DNA of 64,000 nt. Source: Octopus sinensis. Lineage: Eukaryota. Below the pieces are notes generated by a model that did no database searches, was not told the DNA's origin, and worked only from the letters and a program-made list of their open reading frames with translations. Position numbers and translations under genes: made by a program. The stretch is taken from NCBI RefSeq assembly GCF_006345805.1, contig NC_043006.1, positions 74,090,001-74,154,000 of the forward strand, in the 5' to 3' direction. Below, in pieces: positions 52,865-64,000 of the stretch (its first letter is position 1; each line of letters starts with the position of its first letter).

Positions 52865-54228
52865 CGTTGAAGTTAGATTTTTATTATATTATTATGGAAT
52901 TAATGATGTGGAGTACCAGTTAACTATTCAGTTAATTTATTTTTCTAATTCTCTCAAGTAATTTCTAGTCTTGTACCCATCTTAGAAAATCAATATTGCC
53001 ACGTTCGGTGACATGAACTTGATATAACTGTTACACAGAAAGCGAAAATTCTTTGTTGTACTTAGTTATCGGCATTAAATTTCTGGTTTCCAATCCTAAC
53101 CGTTGTTCTGAGGTCGATCAAGTAAAGTACCAATCAATTATCTATTTTGTAAACTGTATCCATCAACCCATAAAAAATACGGATTTACGCTGCCAGAAAT
53201 CAATATTTCACCAATCAAATATTTCTTGTCAGTTTAGCGTTCTGTAATGTGTTCAAGCTAATGTTTAGGAGAGTGTTTTTAAGAAATATTGACAGCCTGA
53301 AAGTCAGTTTAATAAAACATTTGCAAAGCATTAAGCCGAACGCCTTATTGTATCCAATGTGAGTAAATTTAAAATGATCTGCATGTTCTGTGATTAAACA
53401 CGCTGCATATTTATTTAGTAGAGCGTTAAAGATGCTTAAGAATTAATAACCATTTTACTAATGCTTATAAATGGTGACAATTATTCATCGGTGAGATATA
53501 TTTACAGCCTGCTTGCAAAAGTTAATTAATTTTAGATCTTCTTTCTTGTAATTTATCGCTCAATTTGAAACAGAACTAGCAATCAAACGCAAGTGGGAAA
53601 ATGAATTTAATTTCGTTGAAATGCAAGCTGAAACCAGATTTCCGGATTAAATTCTAATTCAGGCCATAGAATTACTTAGAGCATGTATGTCACGATTTAT
53701 CACATTTCTAACGAAACACGAATACAAACTCGCCTCTTACTAAGAAATACTGGCTTACGCATGCGTATACATGTATACTCAGAGTGTATGTGAATGAAAA
53801 TGGACATGAAGCTAAAAATATTGGTACAAGAGCAGGTAGGGTTATGGGATTAAGAATTTCACTTCACAGTCAAAGAACTTCAGATTCTGGGTCACTGGCA
53901 GGTGCTTTGGGTGGTTTCTATTATGCCCCGGGTCCACCAAATAAATTGTGGTTGAATTTAGTTGATGGAATCTGTGTGTAAGTTTGTCTTACAAACATAC
54001 ACATATATATGAATATATGTTTGTATGTGTGTGTGTGTGTGTGTGCATACGCGTGCTCCTTTCATAGTTATTCAACCATCACCACTTGATAACTGATGTT
54101 CTACTTACATCCCTTAGCGGTTCGTCATACGTCACCGGTAGAATAAGCTTTAACAAATTAATACTGATATCAATTTCATGAACTAAAATCATCGAGGAAG
54201 ACAAATCACTGAAGAAATTTGATTAAAT

Positions 54229-54690
54229 ATATATATTTCTTTACTACCCACAAGGAGCTAAACACAGAGGGGACAAACAAGGACAGACAAAGGGATTAAA
54301 TCGACTACATCGACCCCAGTGCGTAACTGGTACTTAATTTATCGACCCCGAAAGGATGAAAGGCAAAGTCGACCTCGGCGGAATTTGAACTCGGAACGTA
54401 ACGACAGACGAAATACGGCTACGAATTTCGCCTGGCGTGCTAACGTGCGTAAAGGCGGCGAGCTGGCAGAAACGTTAGCACGCCGGGCAAAACGCGTAAC
54501 CGTATTTCGTCTGTCGTTACGTTCTCAGTTCAAATTCTGCCGAGATCGACTTTGCTTTTCATCCTTTCGGGCTCGATCAATTAAGTACCAGTTACGCACT
54601 GGAGTCGATGTAATCGAATTAATCTATTTGTCTGTTCTTGTTTGTCTCCTCTGTGTTTAGCCCCTTGTGGGTAATAAAAAAATATATATA
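54229..54690. mobile_element. Head-to-head inverted pair of SINE group A
   Basis: Minus copy 54229-54446 and plus copy 54453-54690; ~215-bp complementary arms with a 25-nt spacer. Confidence 0.85.
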
Positions 54691-55051
54691 ACGTGCGTAT
54701 GTATCCGAGTATATAGCGTAATTGTTTATGTATTTTTGTGGCAATACATACGGGTATTTGCTTACATTTGCATACATAGCTATGCCTACATATAAGAGCT
54801 CTTCCTCTTTACTTGCATTTTTTTTCTATAATAAAGAAAATTTTGGTTGAATGGTGAAGCAGTTCACCTCACAGCCATGAAACCACGCTTTGGAACCCAG
54901 TGCAGGCCATCGTTGCTAAATAACATTATCATAGCTTCGAGTCAACCTAAACGTTGTGAGGAAATAAGGGCGCATGGAAACTATGTGGTATCCCGTTGGA
55001 TTATCTACTACGAAAGTGCAGCCATATCTAACTCTGTCACGTTGATTCTTA

Positions 55052-55459
55052 GGATCTTTTCGGTTTGAACGGCAGTTTTTTTCTAGCGGTGTCATATGAA
55101 ATTGTCACCCATAATTATGACCCTAGTATCGATCTAGTGCATTTCAATGTTTTAGGGTTAGGGGTGGGGGAACGGGTATCTTTTTTTCTTCACAAATGTG
55201 AATAAATCCAATCTGTTTCTTAAACGAGGGACATATTCACACGGCACAGAATGTTGTTTACCTCAATGGACGTAATTGATTGGTTGAAATTGCAGAAATG
55301 AAGAAAAAAACTACAAATATCTTACAAACTATAGAATTTTCTCAATACAGCCAAGAGAAAAATATGTTTTATAAACACATTCTACCAGTATACGAAGTTT
55401 AAAATTTTTTAGTTACCTAGAAATTATGTTAAAAACTGCCGTTCAAACCGAAAAGATCC
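55052..55459. mobile_element. 408-bp MITE with GGATC termini and 8-bp TSD (Merlin-like)
   Basis: TIR ggatcttttcggtttgaacggcagttttt; exact TSD gattctta (55044-51, 55460-67). Confidence 0.85.
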
Positions 55460-55812
55460 GATTCTTATTCGGAATTTTGTTAAGAAGACATGCATCTCTG
55501 CCTCATCAGTCACTGAGTCAGTGCGCTGTCCAGCTATCCATCAGCTGTATGTTCAGACGTTGAAATTGAAATAGAAGACGTGTGTTTATGTGCAGGGGCG
55601 CCCATATATGATATTTACATATATTTGCTAAATTGTTTTGAACGAATAGGCCAGTAGTGGTCCGTACATGTTGAAGATATATGATTTATGGAAACTGACT
55701 CTTTATCCCAGAACTCGAGATAAATTTCATCTTCAATAAACCACATATTTTACACATTTATGTGTGTGTATACATGTACATAACTGTATACATACACACA
55801 TATATATAATTA

Positions 55813-55847
<35 letters not shown>

Positions 55848-55924
55848 TATATATATGTGTGTGTGTATACCTTTATATACATGTATATAATTATGTGTAT
55901 ATATATATATATATATATAATAAA

Positions 55925-56162
55925 TATTAGGGAATAAATCCAAATTTACAGGGAAAAAAATCAGATTTAGGATTAAATCCAATTTTATAGTAAAATATTA
56001 TATAATATTAATTAGAGACAAAACCACTATTTTGCAAAACAAACAAGGAAAGACTTAATCAATACATAAAATTTTAATAAAAAGTAAAAAAACCGCCACT
56101 ACAATTGTTTCTTGTCCTGATCGACAATCTTCAGGTGGATTTCCAATAAGTCAGTTTCAAAT
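55925..56162 (-). mobile_element. Hammerhead-bearing short repeat (Penelope terminal-repeat-like)
   Basis: Same family as 32106-32315 and 61825-62023; sits between (TA)n tracts; hammerhead near its 5' end. Confidence 0.6.
56096..56138 (-). ncRNA. Minimal type I hammerhead ribozyme (Penelope-type)
   Basis: Minus strand: ccac-CTGAAGA-ttgtc-gatcag-gacaa-GAAAC-aatt-GTA-gtgg. Perfect stems I and II; palindromic stem III ACAATTGT. Confidence 0.8.
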
Positions 56163-56328
56163 TATATATATGTGTGTGTGTGTATACATTTATATACATG
56201 TATACACACACATATGTCTATATGTACAGGCAAGCACACTCACAAATATATGTATATATTACATAAATATGTACAGACATACACATGCGCGCACGCACAC
56301 ACATCTGGACACATACACACACAAATAA

Positions 56329-56363
<35 letters not shown>

Positions 56364-56912
56364 CACACGAGACTTAATGGAGTCTGTGATTTATGAATTT
56401 GTGCAGCAGCCCCTTGATTCAATTCCCTCAGGTCTTCTGCTCGTACCATTGGATGGCTGTCTACTCGATTGTTCTAGCTGCTAGAATTGTCGCCCAATTA
56501 TCCCTCAAACCCTATTCTCACGTTATTAATAATTGCTTTTAATTGAGGTAGAAAACCCTTGATTATAAGGTGCTAGTCAATTATATGGAGCCCATTCCCC
56601 CTCTGTCTCTGGCTTTGTTGCTTGAAATTTTAATATATATAACAGACGTGAAAGTAAAATTCAAATAATATAGCTGTGAAAACAGCAGGAAGATTCAGTA
56701 TTTTACACTTATAAAACGGAAAAGAAGTTGCCAGCAGACAGCTACGGGAATCAAAAACGTACCCCTGAGATACAGGTCGAGTACTCTACCATTGTGCTAA
56801 ACGGTTCGCTGATAAAAAGCTACCGTGAATTTTAACGCTAAAGAATAGATTTTCGATACAACATTTTATAAAGCAACCTTGGAAGCGTCAAATGTGTTTG
56901 GTATTTTACACA

Positions 56913-56984
<72 letters not shown>

Positions 56985-57442
56985 CTAGTACGACCAAAAC
57001 ATGTGTCGTGTTGTCACCATAGATCTCTGTTTCGAACTCATCTGCCTGCAGTTTCAGTCATTTTATTTTAACCAGTTTAAAATATCAAAAAGTTTCTGTA
57101 TCAAGTATCGAAGTTTGTACTTAATGACGATTCTTTATGCAGAAACATACCCCAAGGAAAATTTTCACTGCTATTATAATTTTCCTAATCACTGAAATTA
57201 TTTCTACGCAAAATAATATACTTATTAATCTTTCTAAACTTTGGCACCTAACTAAGACAGGACTACAATTTGAGATACAGGCCTATAATTCAGACTTATT
57301 GAATTATCATGGATTTTCTCATTCTTCCTTTTTCTATTGAATTGTCTTTAATGCAAATGACATTTATTCTTATTATGAATAAAATATCGGCATATTGGGA
57401 TTTATTTGTAACTTGCTGCCTTGAGTAATGTAGCCAATATTT

Positions 57443-58550
57443 AACTATATGCTCTTCCTGCTAAATATGTACTTGGGAAATTTTCCAATGTCATTATTTC
57501 AATTCGCCTAATCAATGAATAATTTTCACACGAAATAGGTTATACAACATTAGTCTTCGTCATAGATATCGTATTTTATGTGAAAATAAATCATTGGTTA
57601 GGCTGATTAGTGTCTTGGCATCTGTGAATGAACTATGATTCGACTAGAAGGCCAAATAACGAACACATATTTTATAAATTGTTATGATAGTTTCGTTATA
57701 AGATAGGCTGAACATTATTTTACGCATATGTTCTTCCATAGATTATGAGTTAGTCTTTAAAGTCATGTTAACAATCTAGCGCGTCTTTCACAGATAATTC
57801 AAATTCAAGTTAGGCTGCATAATGTGATATGTCACGTCATGTATGAATAATATATAGCTATTATGAAATATCTTAGATCTGGAAAAAGTTTTCCGTAGTA
57901 AACTATTATGTGTGCAAATATGGAATCCACATGAATGTTTCACACAAACACTGTCTCTTCATGCTGTAGCGTTTATTTAAAAAATTTTTTTTTTACTTTT
58001 GCATAAAGCTATTCCGTTTCATAATATACCTTTTCAAGCATGGTATTTGAGAATCCCGTTTTGTTGTTTTGTAGGTTCACGATTGAATGAGTTTGATTTT
58101 GAGCATAATGCGAACCTAATGTCCAAGTAAATACAAAACGTAAACAGTATTGTTACAGAAAACAGCATATAATTTGGCTTTTTACAATCAAGTATATTTT
58201 ATGCATTATGATTATAAACGCATCCAGTTGCATGGCTTGTGTGTGTGTGTGTGAGAGAGAGAGAGCGAGAGAGAAAGAGAGAGACTGTGTGTATAAATAC
58301 ATGTCCAGTTATGTATAAATATGGTTTGATGATACAATGATATAAGAGTTTTAATATGTCAGCAAAGACATATTTTCTTCAAACATTACAACTTGCATGT
58401 TGTTGACTTCACTGATGTCAATTTGAATATATAAAAGTTTCTCAAATGAATTTTCTCGAAAACCTCCAAAAATCTCTCCAGAACAGTGTTACAGTTCTCG
58501 TTAGGAATATATTCCTAAGACTGTTTAATGTATCATAAAATGGAAAAGTA
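57443..58550 (+). repeat. Segment B1 (inverted copy at 62887-64000)
   Basis: Reverse complement matches 62887-64000 almost perfectly. Confidence 0.95.
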
Positions 58551-58880
58551 TTTATTGGGTATTGCATTTAGTTTTGCATGCTGATAGCATAAAGCTTGAA
58601 ACTTTTCAGTATTGAACTGCATGCTATTCTTTTCAGCCCACTTGTATATTTTGTCCAGCTCACATTGCAGGTGCTTAGTGTCTTCAGGGTTCTGTATTGC
58701 CTGTGAAACTTTTGTATCATCTGCATAACTTGTGATCGTGGCTCTCTGCGTGGCTGAGGGCATGTCTGAGAGGGCCATTATGAACAGTAGTGGTCCCAAA
58801 ACAGTGCCCTGCGGAACACCGCTCACTATTTGCGTGTTAATGGAAGTGGCCCCATTTGTTACTACCACCTGACTTCTATA
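58551..58880 (-). mobile_element. CR1/L2-group LINE reverse-transcriptase fragment
   Basis: ORF 58533-58868: SGVPQGTVLGPLLF...SYADDTKV...LQCELDKIYKWAEKNSMQFNTEKFQAL, with the YADD catalytic motif. Confidence 0.9.
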
Positions 58881-59814
58881 ATAGCATCAAATTAGTTACT
58901 CGATAGAAAGAACTCAAATAAAGTAGCCCCGAAATGGGCTTTAATGTGTTCCAAGTGTATATAGGACATAGGGGAGATACTAATAAGGTATGTATGCTAA
59001 AATCGTGAAGCATATTACGTAATATCAGAAAAATTAGATATGAGATAATAACAATTCAAAGTAAATAACTCTGAAAAGTGCTTTTGTGCGTTCACAGAGA
59101 ATATTACCCTCAGGGGTGCTAGTGTTAGTATATTCCTGAATAAGTCACTAACCGAAATAAGTGGATCTATTGATTAGGAAAATCCTATTTACTTGTTTAA
59201 GATTTGTACTGGATACACTGCAATAATTTAGGAAAATGATATATAAGGATCCCTTGCTGGATCGAATGTATGATTTCCCTTGGTTTTTAAAATAAAATAT
59301 ATTAGATATATACAAGTATCCATTCCAGGGGCCCTATTATCGATTTTCTTTAACAATATGAGTATGTCATGAGGTTTACAGCCATGAGTTCTACTCATGT
59401 GTCAAGTTTCATCAAAATCGATAAAATTACCCACGTGTAGCAGATGATATATAAGGATAGGACTACTTGCAACATATGACTGATTGTGTACTTTTAGAGC
59501 GCAGGAGCAGAATTGTATTGTCACTTCCGCCCAAACGCATTAAAAAATTGATGTGAGGAAATTGTAAACAAAATTTTAAATCGACGTATTTCAATCAATG
59601 TATTTGTGTGTAGCTTATAGCACAAAAATGATGCTTCCATATATTCATGAAAATATCTCAAGTGACAGCTTTTAAGACCAGTCTATAAAAATATAACTTT
59701 ATCCTCGTAGGATTCCGTTTTTACAATCAAGGCTGAATCTGCACGGAAACATACAACTATAATGTATGAATGCATCCATCCATCCATCTCTCCCTCTCTC
59801 TTGCTCTCTTGATA

Positions 59815-60147
59815 TCTATATATATAAAATTCAACTTGTGTGTGTATCTGTATGTGTGTCTGTGTGTTTAACTTCCCGGCACATGTACTCCTAGCCAACA
59901 AATCGTAGAACCACCAAAAATGGGTCACTTAAAGTTTATGCGAATGAAAATTGAACTGCACTATTTCTGTTCCGAAATTCATCGCGCAAGTGCAAAAATC
60001 GTTAATGTGTTTGTTTAGGCCTTATCCCATGCATTGAATAGTGAACTTTACTCAGTCAGCTGTTTGACGTGAACTGTGTTCACCACGCGTGCAAGCATGC
60101 GTAAATTGCATGAAAAATAAAAGTAAAAAGCCGGGCAATACTGCTAG
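59815..60147 (+). mobile_element. Helitron-like non-autonomous element
   Basis: A|TCTATATATATAAAA start and CTAG|T end, i.e. inserted between A and T; GC-rich gccgggcaa just before CTAG; the terminal hairpin looks partly deleted. Confidence 0.55.
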
Positions 60148-60946
60148 TATATATATATGTATATATAAATTTCCAGTATACAAATAGCTACCATTCTTCC
60201 TTGTCTCAAATACAACTCTAATCTTCACGCTCTACAACGCTGTTTACAGTACACCAACTACATCTAGATGTTCCAGAAATAAAGGATAGATAAAATATCA
60301 CCGGAGAGAATCTATGTTAAGGTATAAGAGCAGCCTCGACGATAATGTAAAAAAAAAAAAACAGTTTGTTTCATTCAGTAAAACAGTCCGTACGTAATTT
60401 CTCTGGAGGAGAAAAAGGCAGAGATGATAAATAGGTAGTTATATAGATTACGTATTTATTTAGGTAGTGATAGGGACAAATAGAAAGATAATCTTGGTCT
60501 ACAGAGATACAATCCTTATATACATTTTAATATTGCCATGATAACATGTATTTCTTAAAATGTTTTCTCTTTATATATACATTTATAATATATATTTATA
60601 TATTTTATATGTACTTATATACAATACGTGATCGATAAGACTGTCAGTATTTGCTTACATTTGCATACATAGCTATGCCTACATATAAGAGCTCTTCCTC
60701 TTTACTTGCATTTTTTTTCTATAATAAAGAAAATTTTGGTTGAATGGTGAAGCAGTTCACCTCACAGCCATGAAACCACGCTTTGGAACCCAGTGCAGGC
60801 CATCGTTGCTAAATAACATTATCATAGCTTCGAGTCAACCTAAACGTTTTGTGAGGAAATAAGGGCGCATGGAAACTAGTGGGTATCCCGTTGGATTATC
60901 TACTACGAAAGTGCCAGCCATATCTAATCTGTCACGTTGATTCTTA

Positions 60947-61350
60947 GGATCTTTTCGGTTTGAACGGCAGTTTTTTTCTAGCGGTGTCATATGAAATTGT
61001 CACCCATAATTATGACCCTAGTATCGATCTAGTGCATTTCAATGTTTTAGGGTTAGGGGGGGGGGAACGGGTATCTTTTTTTCTTCACAAATGTGAATAA
61101 ATCCAATCTGTTTCTTAAACGAGGGACATATTCACACGGCACAGAATGTTGTTTACCTCAATGGACGTATTGATGGTGAAATTGCAGAAATGAAGAAAAA
61201 AACTACAAATATCTTACAAACTATAGAATTTTCTCAATACAGCCAGAGAAAAAATATGTTTTATAAACACATTCTACCAGTATACGAAGTTTAAAATTTT
61301 TTAGTTACCTAGAAATTATGAAAAAACTGCCGTTCAAACCGAAAAGATCC
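60947..61350. mobile_element. GGATC MITE copy inside the duplicated segment
   Basis: Same TSD gattctta and same flanks as 55052-55459, so not an independent insertion. Confidence 0.8.
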
Positions 61351-61956
61351 GATTCTTATTCGGAATTTTGTTAAGAAGACATGCATCTCTGCCTCATCAG
61401 TCACTGAGTCAGTGCGCTGTCCAGCTATCCATCAGCTGTATGTTCAGACGTTGAAATTGAAATAGAAGACGTGTGTTTATGTGCAGGGGCGCCCATATAT
61501 GATATTACATATATTTGCTAAATTGTTTTGAACGAATAGGCCAGTAGTGTCCGTACATGTTGAAGATATATGATTTATGGAAACTGACTCTTTATCCCAG
61601 AACTCGAGATAAATTTCATCTTCAATAAACCACATATTTTACACATTTATGTGTGTGTATACATGTACATAACTGTATACATAACACAATATATATAATT
61701 ATGGGATATATATATATATATATTATATATATTATATAACTATATATATATAATATGTGTATGTGTATACCTTTATATACATGTATATAATTATGTGTAT
61801 ATAATTTATTATATATATAATAAAATATTAGGGAATAAATCAATTTATAGTAAAAATTATATAATATTAATTAGAGACAAAACCACTATTTTGCAAAACA
61901 AACAAGGAAAGACTTAATCAATACATAAAATTTTAATAAAAAGTATAAAAAAACCG

Positions 61957-61999
61957 CCACTACAATTGTTTCTTGTCCTGATCGACAATCTTCAGGTGG
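61957..61999 (-). ncRNA. Second copy of the 56096-56138 hammerhead (inside the duplicated segment)
   Basis: Identical 43-nt motif. Confidence 0.75.
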
Positions 62000-62185
62000 A
62001 TTTCCAATAAGTCAGTTTCAAATTATATATATGTGTGTGGTGTATACATTTATATACATGTATACACACACATATGTCTATATGTACAGGCAAGCACACT
62101 CACAAATATATGATAATTACATAAATATGTACAGACATACACATGCGCGCCGCCACAAACATCTGGACACATACACACACAAATA

Positions 62186-62218
<33 letters not shown>

Positions 62219-62886
62219 AACACACGAGACTTATGGAGTCTGTGATTTATGAATTTGTGCAGCAGCCCCTTGATTCAATTCCTCAGGTCTTCTGCTCGTA
62301 CCATTGGATGGCTGTCTACTCGATTGTTCTAGCTGCTAGAATTGTCGCCCAATTATCCCTCAAAACCTATTCTCACGTATTAATAATGCTTTTAATTGAG
62401 GTAGAAAACCCTTGATTATAAGGTGCTAGTCAATTATATGGAGCCCATTCCCCCTCTGTCTCTGGCTTTGTTGCTTGAAATTTTAATGCATATAATTTCA
62501 GTACCAATATATGTACTTAAATCTGAATCTTCTTTTTGAACTCCAATGTTCAAAGTAATTTATATATATTTCGATTTAATTGGATTAAAATACAGTCGGT
62601 CTGAAAGTCTTACCAAAAGCTGTGGAGTAAGAAAGTTTGATATTTTTTGGTTAAATAATTTGTAGTGATTTTGGCGGCGTCGAAATAAGCGTTTCTGTGG
62701 AGAATGGAGAATAAAGGAAGGTCCCAAGGGCGAAATATTGGAAAGTTTTAAGGTGGGTGAAGCAATTCGACAAGTCTGTTTCCGCAGTTTGATGGATGCT
62801 AATCTTGTATTCAGAATGTCTTTTATTCTATCGAGATTTCCACTTCTACATAGCGTTTCATTTTACGTGTGTGGTAAATTATTAAT

Positions 62887-63171
62887 TACTTTTCCATTTT
62901 ATGATACATTAAACAGTCTTAGGAATATATTCCTAACGAGAACTGTAACACTGTTCTGGAGAGAGTTTTGGAGGTTTTCGAGAAAATTCATTTGAGAAAC
63001 TTTTATATATTCAAATTGACATCAGTGAAGTCAACAACATGCAAGTTGTAATGTTTGAAGAAAATATGTCTTTGCTGACATATTAAAACTCTTATATCAT
63101 TGTATCATCAAACCATATTTATACATAACTGGACATGTATTTATACACACAGTCTCTCTCTTTCTCTCTCG

Positions 63172-63205
<34 letters not shown>

Positions 63206-64000
63206 AGCCATGCAACTGGATGCGTTTATAATCATAATGCATAAAATATACTTGATTGTAAAAAGCCAAATTATATGCTGTTTTCTGTAACAATACTGTT
63301 TACGTTTTGTATTTACTTGGACATTAGGTTCGCATTATGCTCAAAATCAAACTCATTCAATCGTGAACCTACAAAACAACAAAACGGGATTCTCAAATAC
63401 CATGCTTGAAAAGGTATATTATGAAACGGAATAGCTTTATGCAAAAGTAAAAAAAAATTTTTTTAAATAAACGCTACAGCATGAAGAGACAGTGTTTGTG
63501 TGAAACATTCATGTGGATTCCATATTTGCACACATAATAGTTTACTACGGAAAACTTTTTCCAGATCTAAGATATTTCATAATAGCTATATATTATTCAT
63601 ACATGACGTGACATATCACATTATGCAGCCTAACTTGAATTTGAATTATCTGTGAAAGACGCGCTAGATTGTTAACATGACTTTAAAGACTAACTCATAA
63701 TCTATGGAAGAACATATGCGTAAAATAATGTTCAGCCTATCTTATAACGAAACTATCATAACAATTTATAAAATATGTGTTCGTTATTTGGCCTTCTAGT
63801 CGAATCATAGTTCATTCACAGATGCCAAGACACTAATCAGCCTAACCAATGATTTATTTTCACATAAAATACGATATCTATGACGAAGACTAATGTTGTA
63901 TAACCTATTTCATGTGAAAATTATTCATTGATTAGGCGAATTGAAATAATGACATTGGAAAATTTCCCAAGTACATATTTAGCAGGAAGAGCATATAGTT
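62887..64000 (-). repeat. Inverted duplication B2, runs off the window end
   Basis: Differences noticed: (CA)n length and one C/T at a CpG. Confidence 0.95.

Larger units (their letters stand above)
54754..56634 (+). repeat. Segmental duplication A1 (direct copy at 60647-62487)
   Basis: Near-identical ~1.9-kb sequence including the MITE, microsatellites and hammerhead. Confidence 0.95.
60647..62487 (+). repeat. Segmental duplication A2
   Basis: Copy of 54754-56634 with many 1-bp indels and a ~40-bp deletion near 61840. Confidence 0.95.

Overview
AT-rich, repeat-dense eukaryotic DNA. The SINE/LINE repertoire and the abundant (TA)n/(CA)n/(GA)n tracts look like an Octopus genome (inference from recalled repeat motifs, not a database match). 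No complete protein-coding gene can be supported, and nearly all ORF-track entries are microsatellite or repeat read-through. The window holds: three groups of tRNA-derived SINEs, including tandem and fold-back arrays; three fragments of one CR1/L2-group LINE family; one RTE LINE fragment; a decayed Penelope-like element; TIR elements with GGATC termini and 8-bp TSDs (Merlin-like); mariner-type and Tc2-type MITEs; a Helitron-like element; a 100-N gap; and a complex direct plus inverted duplication over 54.7-64 kb. The most striking signal is a set of hammerhead-ribozyme motifs in four or five unrelated short repeats, probably Penelope terminal repeats or retrozyme-like units. One of them carries a compensatory G3-C8 swap in the catalytic core. 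A few isolated minus-strand exon candidates and an ankyrin-like remnant are low confidence.
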